Origin: Daphnia carinata | Taxonomy: Eukaryota | Reading direction: 5' to 3' | Assembly (NCBI RefSeq): GCF_022539665.2 | Contig: NC_081333.1 | Coordinates: forward strand, 10,850,001 to 10,914,000 | DNA: 64,000 nucleotides | In this document: piece after piece, positions 26,759 to 41,700 of the stretch | Layout of the letters: the number at the start of each line of letters is the position of its first letter | Position numbering within the stretch: the stretch's first letter is position 1 | The notes under the pieces: generated by a model | Told to the model about the DNA's origin: nothing | Seen by the model: the letters and a program-made list of their open reading frames with translations, nothing else | Databases searched by the model: none | Program-made: the position numbers and the translations under genes

Positions 26759-29700
26759 GGGACCAAACCAGTTTTCGTCGATGGTGTGAGTGATATAGAC
26801 CTATTTCGTTCGATTGATGATGATGCCGTTCCTTTCGGTTTACTTGTTGCGAAAAAAAAAAAAAAAAAAACTTGTTTAACAACTGGCTTTTTTTTTGGGA
26901 GGGGGTTGTTCCCAGACGAGTCATATGCATACACTAAATAGTATATACGTCGGCAGTCATATAGCAGTGTGAATTGTGAGTTGGAACCAAAAAAAATCGT
27001 GAAAGGGCGTGAAAAAAAGCAGACGATATTTCGGGATTCCAGTCGATCGGCCACCGTGGGAAGAGCGTCTCAGCCAGCGGAGAAGGTAAAGTACCAACAG
27101 AAAATGATGAGAAAATAGAAAGAGGAGGGGGGGGGGGGGATTGAAAACAAAAACAAAACTGGAAACAATGAAAAACCAAAAATAAAACGAAAATGCGTAC
27201 ACAATCAGATGGAATGAAAAAAAAAAGGAGATGATGAAGAGAGAAGAGAAGAGGCGGGAGGGGGGGGGGCTATATATCGCCCACTTTTTTTGGTATTTCA
27301 TTTTTTTTTGTTTTCTTGAATAATCACAGACCAATCAGCCATGCCTATTCTACCTTCTTGATTCACTTTCTTTTTTTTTTTTTTTTTTTATTCCAACCGA
27401 AAATCCATCGTAAACTTATGGAACACGCCGCGCCATCTACACGTGAGAAAATGGTTCGTCATTCACGCAGTTCTAATTGAAACGCCTACATTATCAAATC
27501 ACGCGTTTTTACATCGTTGACAAGGTCACGTCATTTGTTTTGTTTCTTTTTTTTTTTCTGTGTCTGTTTTGGGTATCCATTTTTCCCTAAAACAAAAATT
27601 GTGAGCGTGATGGATTCCTTCCAATCGGCACGCCCGCTAGCATTTTTTTTTCAAAAAAAACAAAAAACAACCACCGCCTCCGATATATAAGAAAATCCAC
27701 CTGTGTTGATGTTGCCCATTTTTTTTTTTTTGCTTCCATTATGGGCGCGTCACGATATTCCCATTTTCCGATATAGCGCCACGAAGAAGAACAACAAAGC
27801 CCATCATTAGCGCAATCGAAATCGGTGTGCGTATACATGTACATCAACATGTTTCGTTTTTTTTTTTTTTTATACCATCAGCTCAGACGGGGAAATTATT
27901 TGGCACAGCTTTAAATATTACCATTTCGTTCGTGAACTGTATGTATTTTTTTTCCCGCCCCCATTTCGTGCATTTTCAAATCGGGAACAATTTCCACCCA
28001 AAAAAAAAAGGTTCTGACAATCAAGTGACGAATGAAGGAGGATCGCAGGATGATAACCAAGAGGTTCCATTAAAGAGTCAATATTTTGGTGGTCGGGCAT
28101 TTTTTTTTTTTAGAGGGGGGTGATAGATGGTCTATGCGTGGAACAAGGGGTTCGACGTTGAAGTAGATGCATCTAACTCGTCTAAAATTTATCTATATAG
28201 GCCTATGTCTAATACTCGAAGAAGAAGAGTTTTTTCTTTTTTTTTTTTTAAAGCTTTTTTCCCACACTGCGTACATATCCATACATTAGACATATATGTC
28301 TTCCGGGAGCCCATTCAATGGCGAGACATTTTGGAGAGACGAATAGCCTTGATGAATATCGTCCCGTTCCGATCGACAAGATGGATGTCTCTCGACCAAC
28401 ATTTATTTGAAGAGAAGTGCTGGCCAGAATAGAGGCAGAAAACACAGAGGCCGCCAACAGCAGGAGGTGCACAGAATCTCCCTTTTTTTTTTTTTCTTAA
28501 ATTTTATATTTTCAGGTTAAAAGAAAAGAATCTGATGGCGTAACATAGACACATTTATTCTTTAACTCTTTTTTTTTTTTAGCCGGACGAATATTGAATA
28601 AAGTCACAAGTAAAATAAAAAAAAAACGAATAATCATATTCGTATCGCCCTAGAGGTGTCCATCTATTATAAACAAGTTGCAGACTAGCATTATACACAC
28701 ATATAGGCAAAGCATCTGATTAGTGCGCAGACAACGCGGATCTCATACCGAACTGGTCAAACGAGAAATCAGAAAACACGAACATCAAAACAAAAAAAAA
28801 AACAAAAAAAAAATGTGAAAAAAAAAAAATAAAAATAAATGACTGTGGGATGAGATGATGAGCAGGGTGAAAGCGTGAGAAGACGAAAAAAAAGATTCTC
28901 ATGACTTATTGCGTCTGAGAGAGACTCTCTCTAACTAGACGCCAGCCAAAAATAATCGAAAGGGAATCGAATCAAAGAAAAAGAAAAAAAAAAGACAAGC
29001 ATTTATTACCACGCAAATGAAGCGCGATTGTATATACACACGTCAGGCTGTATACGGTCATGGCGTCACTGTCATTACAAAAAAAAAAAAAAGCCAGCTA
29101 TTAAAATACTATAAACTTTGGGGTCGATAAGCTTCTGATGCTCCTCTATTACACCCTATAGAAAATTCTAACCCCCTCAAGAAGTCTATAACCAGCCCCC
29201 TGGAAATGAAGCCCCTCTCCATCATCATCTGCATCAGGGTCTTAGCCTTCGAGAGGGGTGTCTTTTTTTTTTCTTTCCTCCCGTGATCGAGGACTTGATG
29301 TGTCGTCTACCGTTTGATATCGATAGGGCGCGGCTTCATCTTCTATTTTAAATGCCCCAAGCCTTTTAAATGCTCCTTTATTTCGTTGTTGTGTTTCCCA
29401 CATCGCACTGAGATCGACGCACGATCGTGATAAGCACAACCCTCTATTGTTGTGGCTGCGAGTATTTATCTCCCGTTTGCCCTATTCCCCCCCACAAAAC
29501 ACAGCAACATTTTTATCATCCCATATAGACTCCTTTTTTTCTTTCAATCGTTATCATCATCATTATTATCAATTCTTTGTGTGAAGGTTTAATGTGCTGC
29601 CGTATTTTTCCTTTTAAAGCCCAAACTTTGCTTGAAAACCCCAAATGGGGTGATTTTGTATTTTGACTACTGGCACGTTTAAACAATTGACAGGTGATAT

Positions 29701-32700
29701 GTGGCGACCTTGATGTACAATACGTTTTTTTTTTTTCCCATAGAGTTTTTTTTTTTTTTTTGGTAAAGATCCACTCAATCTTTTCGTCTCTCATCACGCG
29801 GGGTTCTATACCCGCAATCGAGCCCGTAATTTCTATTTAATAAGCCACCGACAACAATTATCGATTCAGACGTTACGCTTCTTTGAGGTTTTTTTTTCGT
29901 TTGGACGAAAATCATTTCCCACGTTTTATAATGTGGTTGACCCCATCTTGATTACATCAAAGCTGCAGTCCCCGGCTGGGTCATAAAAACAAATTCACGT
30001 GTATAAAAAAAATGCATGATGACGCGTCTCCGAAATTGCCCTAGCGTCAGAGAAAGTCCCGACAATCGACACCCGATAACAAAAATCGCTGCCTCGTTCA
30101 ACATTTGTTTAATTGGGTTCAAAAGAAGATCGAGCCATGTTTCTATAATTTCGCAGAAAACAAAAAACAGCAGGTTGATGATGCAACAATTGTTTGTAAT
30201 TAAGCAGAGCTCAACGTTTTCTCTCTTATTATGTTCTATAATTTCTTTAGTTTTCGAAATATATATGTATACGTATATTCTCTACCTGTGTGCCCTACAA
30301 TTGCGGTCGACTCTTTGGTGAGCGATTGGCACAGGTTACACGCGTATCCACGAAACGTCTTCGTTTTCTTCCAAGGACTCGAAAGTTGCCGAACATTATT
30401 CTCCTTTTTTTTTTTTCATTTCATCCCCATTTCGTCTATGCTGACCTAAAAGATAAAGCACTGCGATAGGGACCTTGTCTTTAGCCACATCAGAGTAACC
30501 AGCAGCGCGTATGAGCTGGGCTGTGTCCCGGTCATTGGGAAAAGAAAAGAATAAAAGGCATACAACAACACACATACATTTCCCACTATAAGACATACAA
30601 AGAATAAAGCACTGCATTTTGTTTTTTTCTTTAAAAAAAAAAAAAAAAAAAATCTTATCTCTTCATACACACACATGTGCTGGGCACGTATACGGCGCGC
30701 ACACAAAAGAATTCTTCTTTTTTTTTTTTCGGGAGGTTATTATTCGTTTATTATCGTCACGCGGCCATAAGATAATCGAGTACCGCAATGCCCCGGTGTT
30801 GAACTTTTTCTTGTTGTGAAATTTGTTGCTATGTGTGTGCGGTTTAACCGTTTAACCGACCCCGTTTTCTCCTCGAGGTCCAGCAGGTCCACACACACAC
30901 ACACACACACACACACGAGTTGCCTCCCGTATATATTATTCAAGAAAAGTCAACCCATTCGGATGGTTGTGTACTGCAACTCGTATATATATTGCGGCTA
31001 TTGCTTGCGATTTGCGATGCGATGGATGAAACGATTTATGATGCCCGCCGCCGTTTTTCATCCATGTATCACGATTATCGCCGTATAGTCTTGTGCGTAT
31101 GATAAGAAGAAGGTCTCCTGCTAGTTCGTTTTCCTTTTTTTAGCAGTCCAGGCATTTGCTTCATGGCAATTGTGATGATGCGGTAGGGCCTGTCCTGCTG
31201 TCCTCTCTTTTATATATTTTTCCTCCATTCTATTTATATCTGCCCCTTTCTTCCACTTCGTGTACTTGTTATTATTCTTTTCGATATCTTTTTCAAAGAT
31301 GGCGCACACTCACGACGGACCTTGATGTCAAAGACATATTTTTATTTATTTATATTCTCTCTTTTGGGATGAGCTTTCTTTGAGGTACCAGCAGTGCCTT
31401 GTCGTCTATTCATTGCGTCTTTTCGGCGGGGACAAACACATTTTTTTTTTTCCTAACCCTTCCTATCAACAACAACACACGCCAACATTTCTCTGTCTAT
31501 CTCCATGAGAGTGGGACATTTGTGAAAATCCTTGTTTGAATCCGATGGATGCGGCGGGATACCTGGTTATTATTCTTGGTGGGCATCGCACTTCTTCTAC
31601 ATACATTCCTATATCTACCTGTTTTCGCCATTGTTGAACGCAGGTTCCCGATAAGGGGCTTCCCAATCGTCTCATGTGTCTCTTCTTTTTCTTCTTTTCA
31701 CAACAGCATAAAAAAAATCAGATGATGATTCATCGTGTTCTCTAATTTTTTGTTTTTGCTGTGCATGTTTTCAATGACTTGTAGCTACTTCTTACCTGCT
31801 GGCGGTGTGGTCTACATCAATTTTCAGCTACCTGCGTGAGCATGCTAGAGCATGGATAAGGTCGATTGGCCATGGAACTGTTTTTTTTTTGGTTTTTCTT
31901 TTAAAGGATAATTTTCACAGACGCCAAGCAACAACAGTTGCATCACACAAAAAACAAAACAAAATGAAGGATTGATGTGGGTTCCAACCGGTAATTTACG
32001 ACTTAAACGATCTGTGCATGTGTTTTGCACTGTTATGCTCCTTTTTTCTGCATTATTAAACCGATAAAACATGAGCCAAGAGCATATGGCATTGTTTACT
32101 CCACCCCTTGCTGTGGTCAAAGCGATATCGTCAAGCAACTTCTTCCATATTTTCAGTTGCAACATATCAACCCTTTTTGTTTTCTCTCTTTTTTTGTTTT
32201 TTTTCTAATTCTTTGCCTTTTCGGAAAATACATCACCATTTTGGAATGCTTGACTTTATACACAACAGCGTCTCCGCCCTTTTGTGTGTTGTGCTTGTCG
32301 TCGTGTGATTACGTATCGGACGTGAGATCGCATACTCGTATACCACTCGTGTGCCACAGCGGGCCGAGCCTCTGGTTTAAAGAACTCGTCCACCCCGCCG
32401 CATACCAACGTAACTTAACTAATGTGACTGGCCCCAACTGTGTAAAGGCCATTTTTCCAAGCACTAAATAATTTTTTTTTTTTGGTTTTTTCATAATTCC
32501 ATTATAGCACACGTCCGTTCCAGTTTTCATACTTTGACAAAGCGAACGAAATGGCGTGTTGTACGCGGAAAAAAAAATGGAGGCGAATGATACGTGTGAA
32601 ATCCTTGGGATATTCAAAAGAAAACGGAATATTTAAGCGTGGTCAATTTGACATATCAAATGAGGGGAACGAGTGATGGAATAATGTGAACCACACACAC

Positions 32701-35700
32701 ACACACACACATGTGGTTTGCCGTGAGTGAGCTAATGGATCAGCGGCCACCTCCCGTTGCCGTAACGATGGTGTTCTATAAAACGGTCGGGAAAAAAAAA
32801 CAAAAATAACTCATTACAATCTAACACATAATAAATGTGATACGCCCCTTTTCTCAGAGCAACAAAACTGAAAAAAAAAAAAGAAGTGATGATTCTATAA
32901 AAACTCGGTTCATCATCATCATCATGAACAGGCGGACTGGTTGTTCTCTTTTATCATTATCAAAATCCCGGTAGGAGGGCCACTCCTTTTTGGTCAGCTC
33001 TCCTTCTCTCTGATTAACCTTTTTGTTATAATCACACACACACCCTAATGTATATCTACTGCTTTCATAAAGTATATAAGGTTAGCGCGCATAGCTCCCG
33101 GTTGTCTCTCGCAGCGTAATCAGAGAAATGATTAAGAAATATACAAAAAGGGAGAAGAAAACAAAAAAGAAAAAGGAGAACACAACACCGTTCTTGATGA
33201 AAATGGATCTATTTAATACATCTATTTCTACCTGCGCTCATGTGTGTTTCTCTGTTACACACGGCATTTTGGTAAGAAGACGGACAAGGGTTGCGTGACT
33301 GCGGCTTTGCTACTGCTTATGTAGAACAAGAGTGGGGAACCGAGACTGATGGCAATAAAAGAAAGAGAAAGAAAAAATGAAGAAACGAATAAATAAACGA
33401 ACGAAACAGCAACAAAAAAAAATGCTGCTGCACCTTAGTGTGCATACACACATATATAAGCTTCGGTGATAATTACCTTGTCAAATGTTCAAGTCTTGAA
33501 AGAAAAGAGGGAAACCTTTCACGGTGGTGGCTTTTTTTTTTTGGCCGTGATGATGATGATGATTTCCCTGACTATTTTTAAAAAGTCGGGGTTTGCGTGC
33601 ACAGTCATTTTGCGCTCTTATGTGTATAGCTCAACTCGCATACATCCATCAGTGACCTCTTCTTTCAGCTACTGTTGTAATGCGGCTTCTTCGTTTCTCT
33701 TTTTCTTCTTCGTCTTTTGACGCCGTTTCCATTTCACCCTCGTTATTTGAATAAGAATTCTCTCAACAATTCAGTAGTTCTCGTCTATCCAGGTGTGGTA
33801 TACACAGGAGAAGCTCCCTAATTTTTCGTTGTTTGAGAGTAGTAATAACAAGACGTGAACTTTCTCTTTGATTTGCAACCACACACAGATACGTAGAAAG
33901 ACAGCAGACAGGCACGTAGGGGAGAGAAAGTCGTCACCTGTTGGATAAGAGAATATGATGGACACTTGTTGAGAGAGTGAAAAGCCCAGGAAATGAATGA
34001 TTTCCTCGGATTGTGTCATAGGGGAGAAAAAAAAAGGAATCTCTTGACAAGCTTTTATTTTCTTTCTATTTCTGCAAAAAACTTGTAAATCAACTTTCAT
34101 CAATCAAAGGTATAACTCACCGTGCAATATTAAATGAGTGTACATCCCGTAGGGAAAGAAATTTGGCAAACTGCTTTAATCTAAAAAGAAAAAAAAAATC
34201 GTTCATCATAAACGCCATAACTGGACGTTAAACAATCGCTTGTGTTAGGTAGCAAACTCGTTATTAAACATTGAACCTTGTGAATCGCCTACTGGACATG
34301 TTTGTTTTCGAAATTTTCAGGGAAAACGGAGGGATATAAATTTAACATAAAAAAAAAACAGAACTCCAATCTTGACATTTGATCTAAATAGTTGATTGGC
34401 TTCAGGTGAAATCACAAGAAGGGGGAAATAAGGTGGGCGTTGCGGGGGGTTTCGATGTGAAAATGCCGCAGGAAAATAGCTCACTGGTACATATCTTTTA
34501 TCTTCATCATTCGTCCCATTTCTTTGGAAATGTTGTGTGTCTGTTTGTAGGGGTCTGATTCCGAAAACGTCACACTCTGACAGTTGGATGTCTTTATCGA
34601 GTTTCGTTTATCTCTCATCTTAATACTAAATATTTGTATTACGCTGGCAGTGCCTGTTTTTTCTTGGAGGATGACAGCTCACCACAGAATTTCATAGACG
34701 TGAAAAAAAAGCTCCCGCAAAAAGCCTGCTAACGTCACGTTAACAAACCGGTTGCTATGGTAGTCTTTAAATATTTATTAAGATCAAAATTAACGACAAT
34801 ACCCACACACATTCAGGTTTCCACAGCCTTAAGCTGAACGAGGTTTCTACTCACCTGTAACGTTCACGGTTCGGTATGGTCTAGGTATGCACACCTTCTT
34901 GAATTCAAAACTCCTCCTCCTAGTCAGACGAAGAAAAAAAAAGAAAAAAGATGGGGAATAGAGAAGAATTATTATTATACTTTTATGTTTTCTTTTTCTG
35001 ATTGTCTTCATCGTATCTCTTCCCATTTCTTATTGCAGTAGTACTTCATTTTTTCCCATTGTGCTGGAATGAACTTGATCGCACGATCGGACCCAGGATT
35101 TCGGGTGATGGACGAGCGGAGTCGAATCGTGTTGGCGCACATTCGAGAAGAGCAAGGTAGATGGGTGAGCATATTTGGAAAATGGGAGGAGAAAAAAACA
35201 AAACAAAGTGACGTCAGTATTTAATGATGGGGGGGGGTGGGATCTTCTTTAGTCGGGCGCCATCATTGCTGTAGGTCTGCGACCGTACGACTGACTGACA
35301 GCGCTACCGTTGATTGTTATTTGCCGGGATCGATGAGTGCGGCCCCCCCACACACTCACGCCGATTAAAAGACCCCATATCACTACGTTCCCCAGGAAAA
35401 AAAAAAATGTTGGGTTCACGTAGTCTAATGAAAACAAGGGGAAATCCCTCCGATGGCAAACATGAAAGTCACTGAATGTCGCCATTTCTTTTATTAACAT
35501 CTTCACAACAAAATAGCGGCACGTATGCACGAAATCGATACCAAGTTTAGAATAGAAAGTTTCCCACTCATTTCGTAAGTACAATTAAAAGAGTGAAAAC
35601 ACTTTTCAGGTACTCAATTTTTTGTTTCGGCCAAATACCAACGCCAAGAAGCAGAGAATCGTTGCGAATAAAAAGAGGATGATTTGATCAAAAAAAAGTC

Positions 35701-38700
35701 CTTTTGGCCTTCGACTCACCTTTCATCTTACATGAATTTATGTGTACATGCGACTGGAATTTGCCTTATGTATTACTTCGAAATAGAATCGCATGGAGCA
35801 AAGAGAGGCTCACTTGAGAAAGAACGGAGATGTTCTCTCATGTGTCAGTAGAAAAAGAAATATCCAGCTGTGTGTATGCTTTGCACTCCATCACATCGCT
35901 GTCTCAACTCGACCGTTACCAAATTAGCCACTGGGGGGCTGAGAAGCTCAGCTTTTTTTTTTTCGAAGAGTGATAAGAGTCTGCATCTTCATTTTTCTCT
36001 ATTTTGAATTTCTCTTCTGTTTTGAAGCTTCTTCAACTGTTGGACGCGTTCCTTTAAATCGCGCATCTAGTAGAGGTCCAAGTGTGTCACGGCCGCCGCC
36101 ACGCAGCCAAAAAGGACGACATGAGAAAGAAAGAAAGGAGGATATCAGATAGAGTCTGACAGAATTATATCACACGAACAACTGTACGCATTTAAGGTCG
36201 ACCCTATGGATGAGAACACGATGGGGGGAATAATACAGCCCACAGCTGAATATGCTCTCTCTTCTCAGCGGTGTCTTTTTTGGGGGGGTGGGGGGGGGGG
36301 ACTGTTGCTGCTGTTGCAGCTGAGGCACTTGTCAGCGCTTATCTGCAGGTTATCTACCCAGCTAGCGGTCACATAAAAACGTTGGATTTATATGCAACTC
36401 GTTCCACCGAATACCCCCCTCCTCCTCCACGTACAGAGCAAAAGGAGACCTATACTGGAACACACGCAACAATGTAGCCAAACGTACCCACAACTGGATG
36501 CATTGCCAGCCCTCATTAAACCCCGATCGAGAGATTAAACCAGACGACAAGAAAAAGAGTTTTTTCCTTTTTTTTTTTTCCTCTTTTTGTTTGTGTGTTT
36601 ACGGGTTAAAAGGTCCCTCGGTGAGCCACAAAGGCTACGGGGGAAATAAAATAAAAGTTTCCAGTCTAACGGTTGAGAGAGAGTGGACTCAGTCCGTCCC
36701 ATTCAATCGCGGACACATATATCTCTCTCGCTCTCCAACTTACAGTCGTAGATGACTATCACCGTCTTCTTCCCAGCTGGCCGTTAGAGTTGCAGTGCAC
36801 ATAGATGTCCCCCCTCCAACGTCTCCAGCTGTGTGACTTTCGTCTTCCCGCACGCAGCATCTTTACCTTAACAATACGAAAAGAAAAAAAAAAAATAAGA
36901 AAAGGAGAAACAAGTGTGTTATTACACAAGAGAGCGCGTCATAGACACACAAACTCTTTCAGGGGAAAGTATTAAACGACTGTGCGACCCACGCGAGACA
37001 TAAACGAAATAGGACATGTTTCAAAATCCCTCCTGCGCCCCCTTTTACAACAAAAAAAAAAAAAAATCTAATAAATAAATAAATAAAATAAAAAAAATAG
37101 TGGTAGAAGTAAGAAAAGCCGTTGAGCTTGGCCATCACCAATGCAACCGCCATAACAATCTAATAAATCTGGTTCAACAGCGACTGGATGTTTGTAGAGA
37201 AAAAGAAAAGAAGACGAGAAAAGATGGTTTTTCAATCCGCTTCTTGTTATGTGTGTTAAGCTTTCTGAGCCTTGATGGCTGAGCAGAGGCAATGACAGTA
37301 AATCAACCTTTCTTTTTGAATACGTAAAGCCTTCCCGTCTCTGGTCCGCAGTCAAAAATATTCTGCGTGCAAGTGATGTTTCGTGCAAAAACATCGTCCT
37401 GCCATGAATGAAATGACCAATGCGTGCCGATCAATACCAAATACCTACTAAAAAAAAAAATCGAATCCTCCTGATTTTTATGTTTATTTTTTTTTTTTCG
37501 TTCCAGACACTATTTTGCATCCTATAGTGTGTAAAGCTAACATTTTGTATAATAATGTCTTTCCATTTATTTCGCTATCGCGTATAGAGTCGACACCGAA
37601 AATGGTCAGCACTTTTTTTTTTCTTTTCTCTTTCTGGTTCACACAAATGGACGTCTAAGCTGGTGACTACAATTTCAATGGCTTCGCCTTTTTGGCAGAG
37701 CATCCAGTGCAGACAAGGTGTCTGAGAATGAGTCACCACGGCGACATTTGCTCAAGTTCAAGCCGGACGCACTATTTCATACTGAATAATAATAAAAGCT
37801 TTAGGGGGATATACGGCGCGATTACAGAACAAAACGACTTTTTCTGTCGTGTCATTTTCTTCGGGATTTTTTTTTCTTTATATTGTTTGTGTCTTTTCTA
37901 TTTGCACCTGTTTGCGCGGGGTCCGCTTTAGAATCCCTAACTGATCTCATTATGGAATTATAACGCGCGCGCTCGTCTCTTCGGCTGCAGTAGGAAGGAA
38001 GTGTTTGTATGGCAGCACATGGAAATCTAAATGATTTCTCGTGTCATTTGATACGTAATCCGCTTTCGAGACAACAAAAGATTAAACCGAATATTACATA
38101 CTTGACGAGCCAGACGTTTATTTCAGAAAAAGCGCGCTCGGGCTTACGTTTGACTGCCAAATAGAGAGACAAAATCGGACGCTGACAGATCTTGACTAGC
38201 AACGGCGATTGTTGGCTGCCTTTGACTCGGTCGGCTCCTCTTTTTTCCCCTCCTCAGCCGCTCTTTTTTTTGTGTGTGTGTGTAAACTAAATAATGCAAC
38301 AGGTTGAATCTTTTCTTTCTCATTTAGGATCTAGATCCAAGAATGGTCATCATCTCTCTTGCCCTGTCTTTTTCTTTTCACCTTCAAATCGGAAATCATC
38401 GTTCATCTTACCTGTTGCGAACAGAAAATCCGTAATTTTATGCACGCAAAAAAGTCATTGGCACGTCTGTGTATCGAGTTCTCATTCTTGGCCGTCACTG
38501 CTGCCCATAAATCGTCTATAAAAGTACGATTATAGCGCATCACCTTTTTTTCTTTTGCCGTACGTTCTGTTGAACCGCACCGAAACGTTCACGTCCGTCG
38601 TCATGTTGCCGTCACGAGGTCACCGTGCGTCTATCCCCAAACCAGCATGTGCAGATGTTTATCGTGTAGCTAGCCCGAGTCCTTGACAGCAGCAGTATGA

Positions 38701-41700
38701 GCATTCCGCAAGAGCCAGACATAAATCGCGGACAATTCAGCGCTCAACCCAAGACCAAAGAAAAAGCGTTCACAAAGAGAAACATATTACAAGCAGTCAT
38801 CAGTTTCATCAGAAACGAAATAAAGACGAAGAATAAATAAAAGTGCACAAAGTCAACCCTTAAACATGCCAACGGGTCAGTGTGTTCATCTAGATCGGGA
38901 GCGATTCTCATCTCGAGCCATCAATTGAGCTAGGAGGATAGGTGGCAGTGGTAGTAATGGAGTACCACACAGGCACATACAAAATCACGCAATAAGAGTT
39001 GAAGAGCCCCTTTTTTTTTTATATGGAGATCTATGTATGTATATCTATTTGTTATCCAGGGCTTTTATTGTTAGTGATGGTGGCGCGCGAGTTCTTCGTT
39101 CGTGAGTTGTTGTTTTTTTTTATACGCGTCTGCATTAACGGAGAGACGATCGACCCGAATTCTTTAACGCTATTTTTACGACTGAAGGAGAAAGAAGATG
39201 TGAGGCAGAGGAGTGTAACACAATACTTTGAGTGCGTTCAAGATTTTCTTTTTGGCTTGTATACACAACAAACTGGGCGGGCGTCGCATCATGTCGTCTT
39301 GTGTAGAGTTCAAGCGCCTTTTGGTAATAATGGGCGAAGCAAAAAGAAACGAACGAAGCAAGCTTGTAGATAAAAACAGCTGTTTGGTGCTGGCCAAGGA
39401 AAGAATATGCCTCTGTCGCCCGTCTCATGTCCGAGTGAGAAAGACGTGCAGAGTACAGTGAGAAGGCGAGAGAGAAGATGAACGGGCACATTCAAGCGCG
39501 AGCGGGACACTTGAATGACAAAGCAAGAAATTCAAAGTCACTCGACACCGGGCAACTTTGCCCGTCAGGTAGAAACACACACAGACTAAATATCGCGCCG
39601 GTTGTCAGTTCCCACCCACAGCCAGGTGCGACGCGGGGTAGATGCAACGTCGCACAGACAATTCCATCCGCCGCGCCATCCGTGAATGTACAAACTAACT
39701 GGAATGACAATGAAACGCGATGAAAAATTTGTTTAAAAGAATTTGTTTTTGCCGTGACGAAATAACAACGAAAGGGAATTACCCGTTTTGTTTTCTTATA
39801 GTTTTTCCTAGTTCATGATCATGTAGAGCCCACACGATTTACGTGGACAACTTGTGTTGTTCTTAACAAGATTGAAGCAAATGAAAAATTCATGAGGCCA
39901 TCATTCCAAACATTTTTTCCTAAAAATAACTCTAGCCACCACTCAATTTTAGTTGACAATCCATCGTGGTGGAGAGCAAGAAACTCAAGGTATCCACAAA
40001 AAGGTAATATGAGATCAAGAAGAATAAGAGGAGCAATTCCTTATTCTTTTGCTCAGTGACTGGGCAAAGCGTTTTCTTTTCTTCTTGTCATCGTCTGACC
40101 AAAATCCAATTTGTGGTTGGCTCGGGGTACGAACACACACAACGGACCCACACGCGTATGTATATATATAAGTATCCAGCAATTCATGTGTGCAGACAGA
40201 GAGGTCTCGAGTGATATTTGACACCTTCTTCTACACTCTACCACACGGAGAACCTTCTTGCGCTGACTACTCATTTTTTTTTTTTTTGGCATTCTTTCAT
40301 GGATGGCTGACTTCCCTGCTGTTATTTCTCATTGCCCGCAATAGACGTTTTGCTATTCTTCACGCACGCATTTTTTTTTCTGCCTGTATCATGGAGCATG
40401 AAAAAGACGAGAGACACATCTTCTATGATACACAAATGAAGAGAAAAAAAAAAAGAAGTTGAGACAGCAAAAAAAGAAGAATTCTAATCAAATAAAAACA
40501 CAGTGATATGGCTGTTGCCACACAACACCAGACACCACACGACCACCTGATTCTAATGCATTGTCCACCACGCCGCACGTTCTCCTATGGCATGTAGACT
40601 TGTATATTCTAACACACACACACAACACAAAAATGGATATAACAAAAGAATGAAAGAAGATTTCAAGGTCTTTATAAAATCTACGCGCATTTGGGCTGGA
40701 ATGCACCATGCAGCACGGGCTAATAATGTACTATACCTCTTTTTTTTTTATTATGATACAGAGAAGGAAGAGAGAAAAAAAGATCCATAAATTGTTCTTC
40801 TTATTGGAAAGAAAGCGGATTGTGTCGTTGGCAAGCGCTGGAAGATGAAGGAAAAAGAACAGCGTGGCGTTGCTGTAAAAACAGAAAAGACAAGAGGACT
40901 GTTTAAGAGCCTTTGATTGTTTGGCGAGAAGAAGGAAGAAGAAGAAACCTGTAGAAATAACGTTCAATACCGCGTGACTGGACGACCAACAAAAGGTCCG
41001 CATGCTACACTACCTCGTCTGTATAAAGAAATCCAAATCATCCTCTTCTGTGTGAACTGTATGTATACTCACCTCTCGGCTGGCGATGGAATAATCGAAA
41101 ATCTCACACACTCACTTCTCTCGTTTCTATTCCCCTTTGCCACTATTCTCGCTCATTTGGATTTCAATTTAAATATTTGATAGTCTGGTATTTTTTGGGC
41201 TCTTGTAATAAATGCCTTTCTTCTCTCGTGTCTTTCACCCTTCCTTTACCTGTAACAGTAAGGGCTTTTGTATTTGTATTTAACGAATGTCGACTACACA
41301 AGTTTCTTGTGGCAGCATTTTACAGCGTTCCGGTCTTATGAAGGAATGAAAGAACAAGACAAACCGAGAATGACGTTGGCAGATTTCGGCCCTTGGGGGC
41401 CGCCCAAGCAACACTATATGGCCCGTCTCACCCAAGACACATCCTAACTGATAGGCACTACAATGTTTCGTTGACTTCGCACTCTCCTCTTCTTATTAGA
41501 CAACGGTCGACAAAAGCTACTCAACAAATAAGGGAGGGGTCCTTGGCGTCTCTTTCAACAGCTCGTAAGACACCAACATATGGCGGTGCCAACAGAAAGG
41601 CTCTCGGCACAACATTCCACACTGTTTTGCCCTTCTACAACTCTTGACTTTCTTTGCAACCATGTCAGCCTTCTTCCTCTTCCACGTTTCAAATCGAGAC

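Noticed and set aside
36855..36880. Partial similarity to miR-8 (AGGTAAAGATG on the minus strand); similar weak miR-279-like match near 12828
   Set aside because: Seed regions do not match and no precursor hairpin is evident.
38795..38885. TCAGTT initiator followed by ATGCCAACGG|GTCAGT as a possible first exon
   Set aside because: No downstream coding exons could be linked and the motifs are short enough to occur by chance.
55..41200. Hundreds of 60-180 aa ORFs in the six-frame track
   Set aside because: Poly-F/poly-K and ER/HT/CV repeats come from homopolymers and microsatellites; no domains or consistent exon structure.
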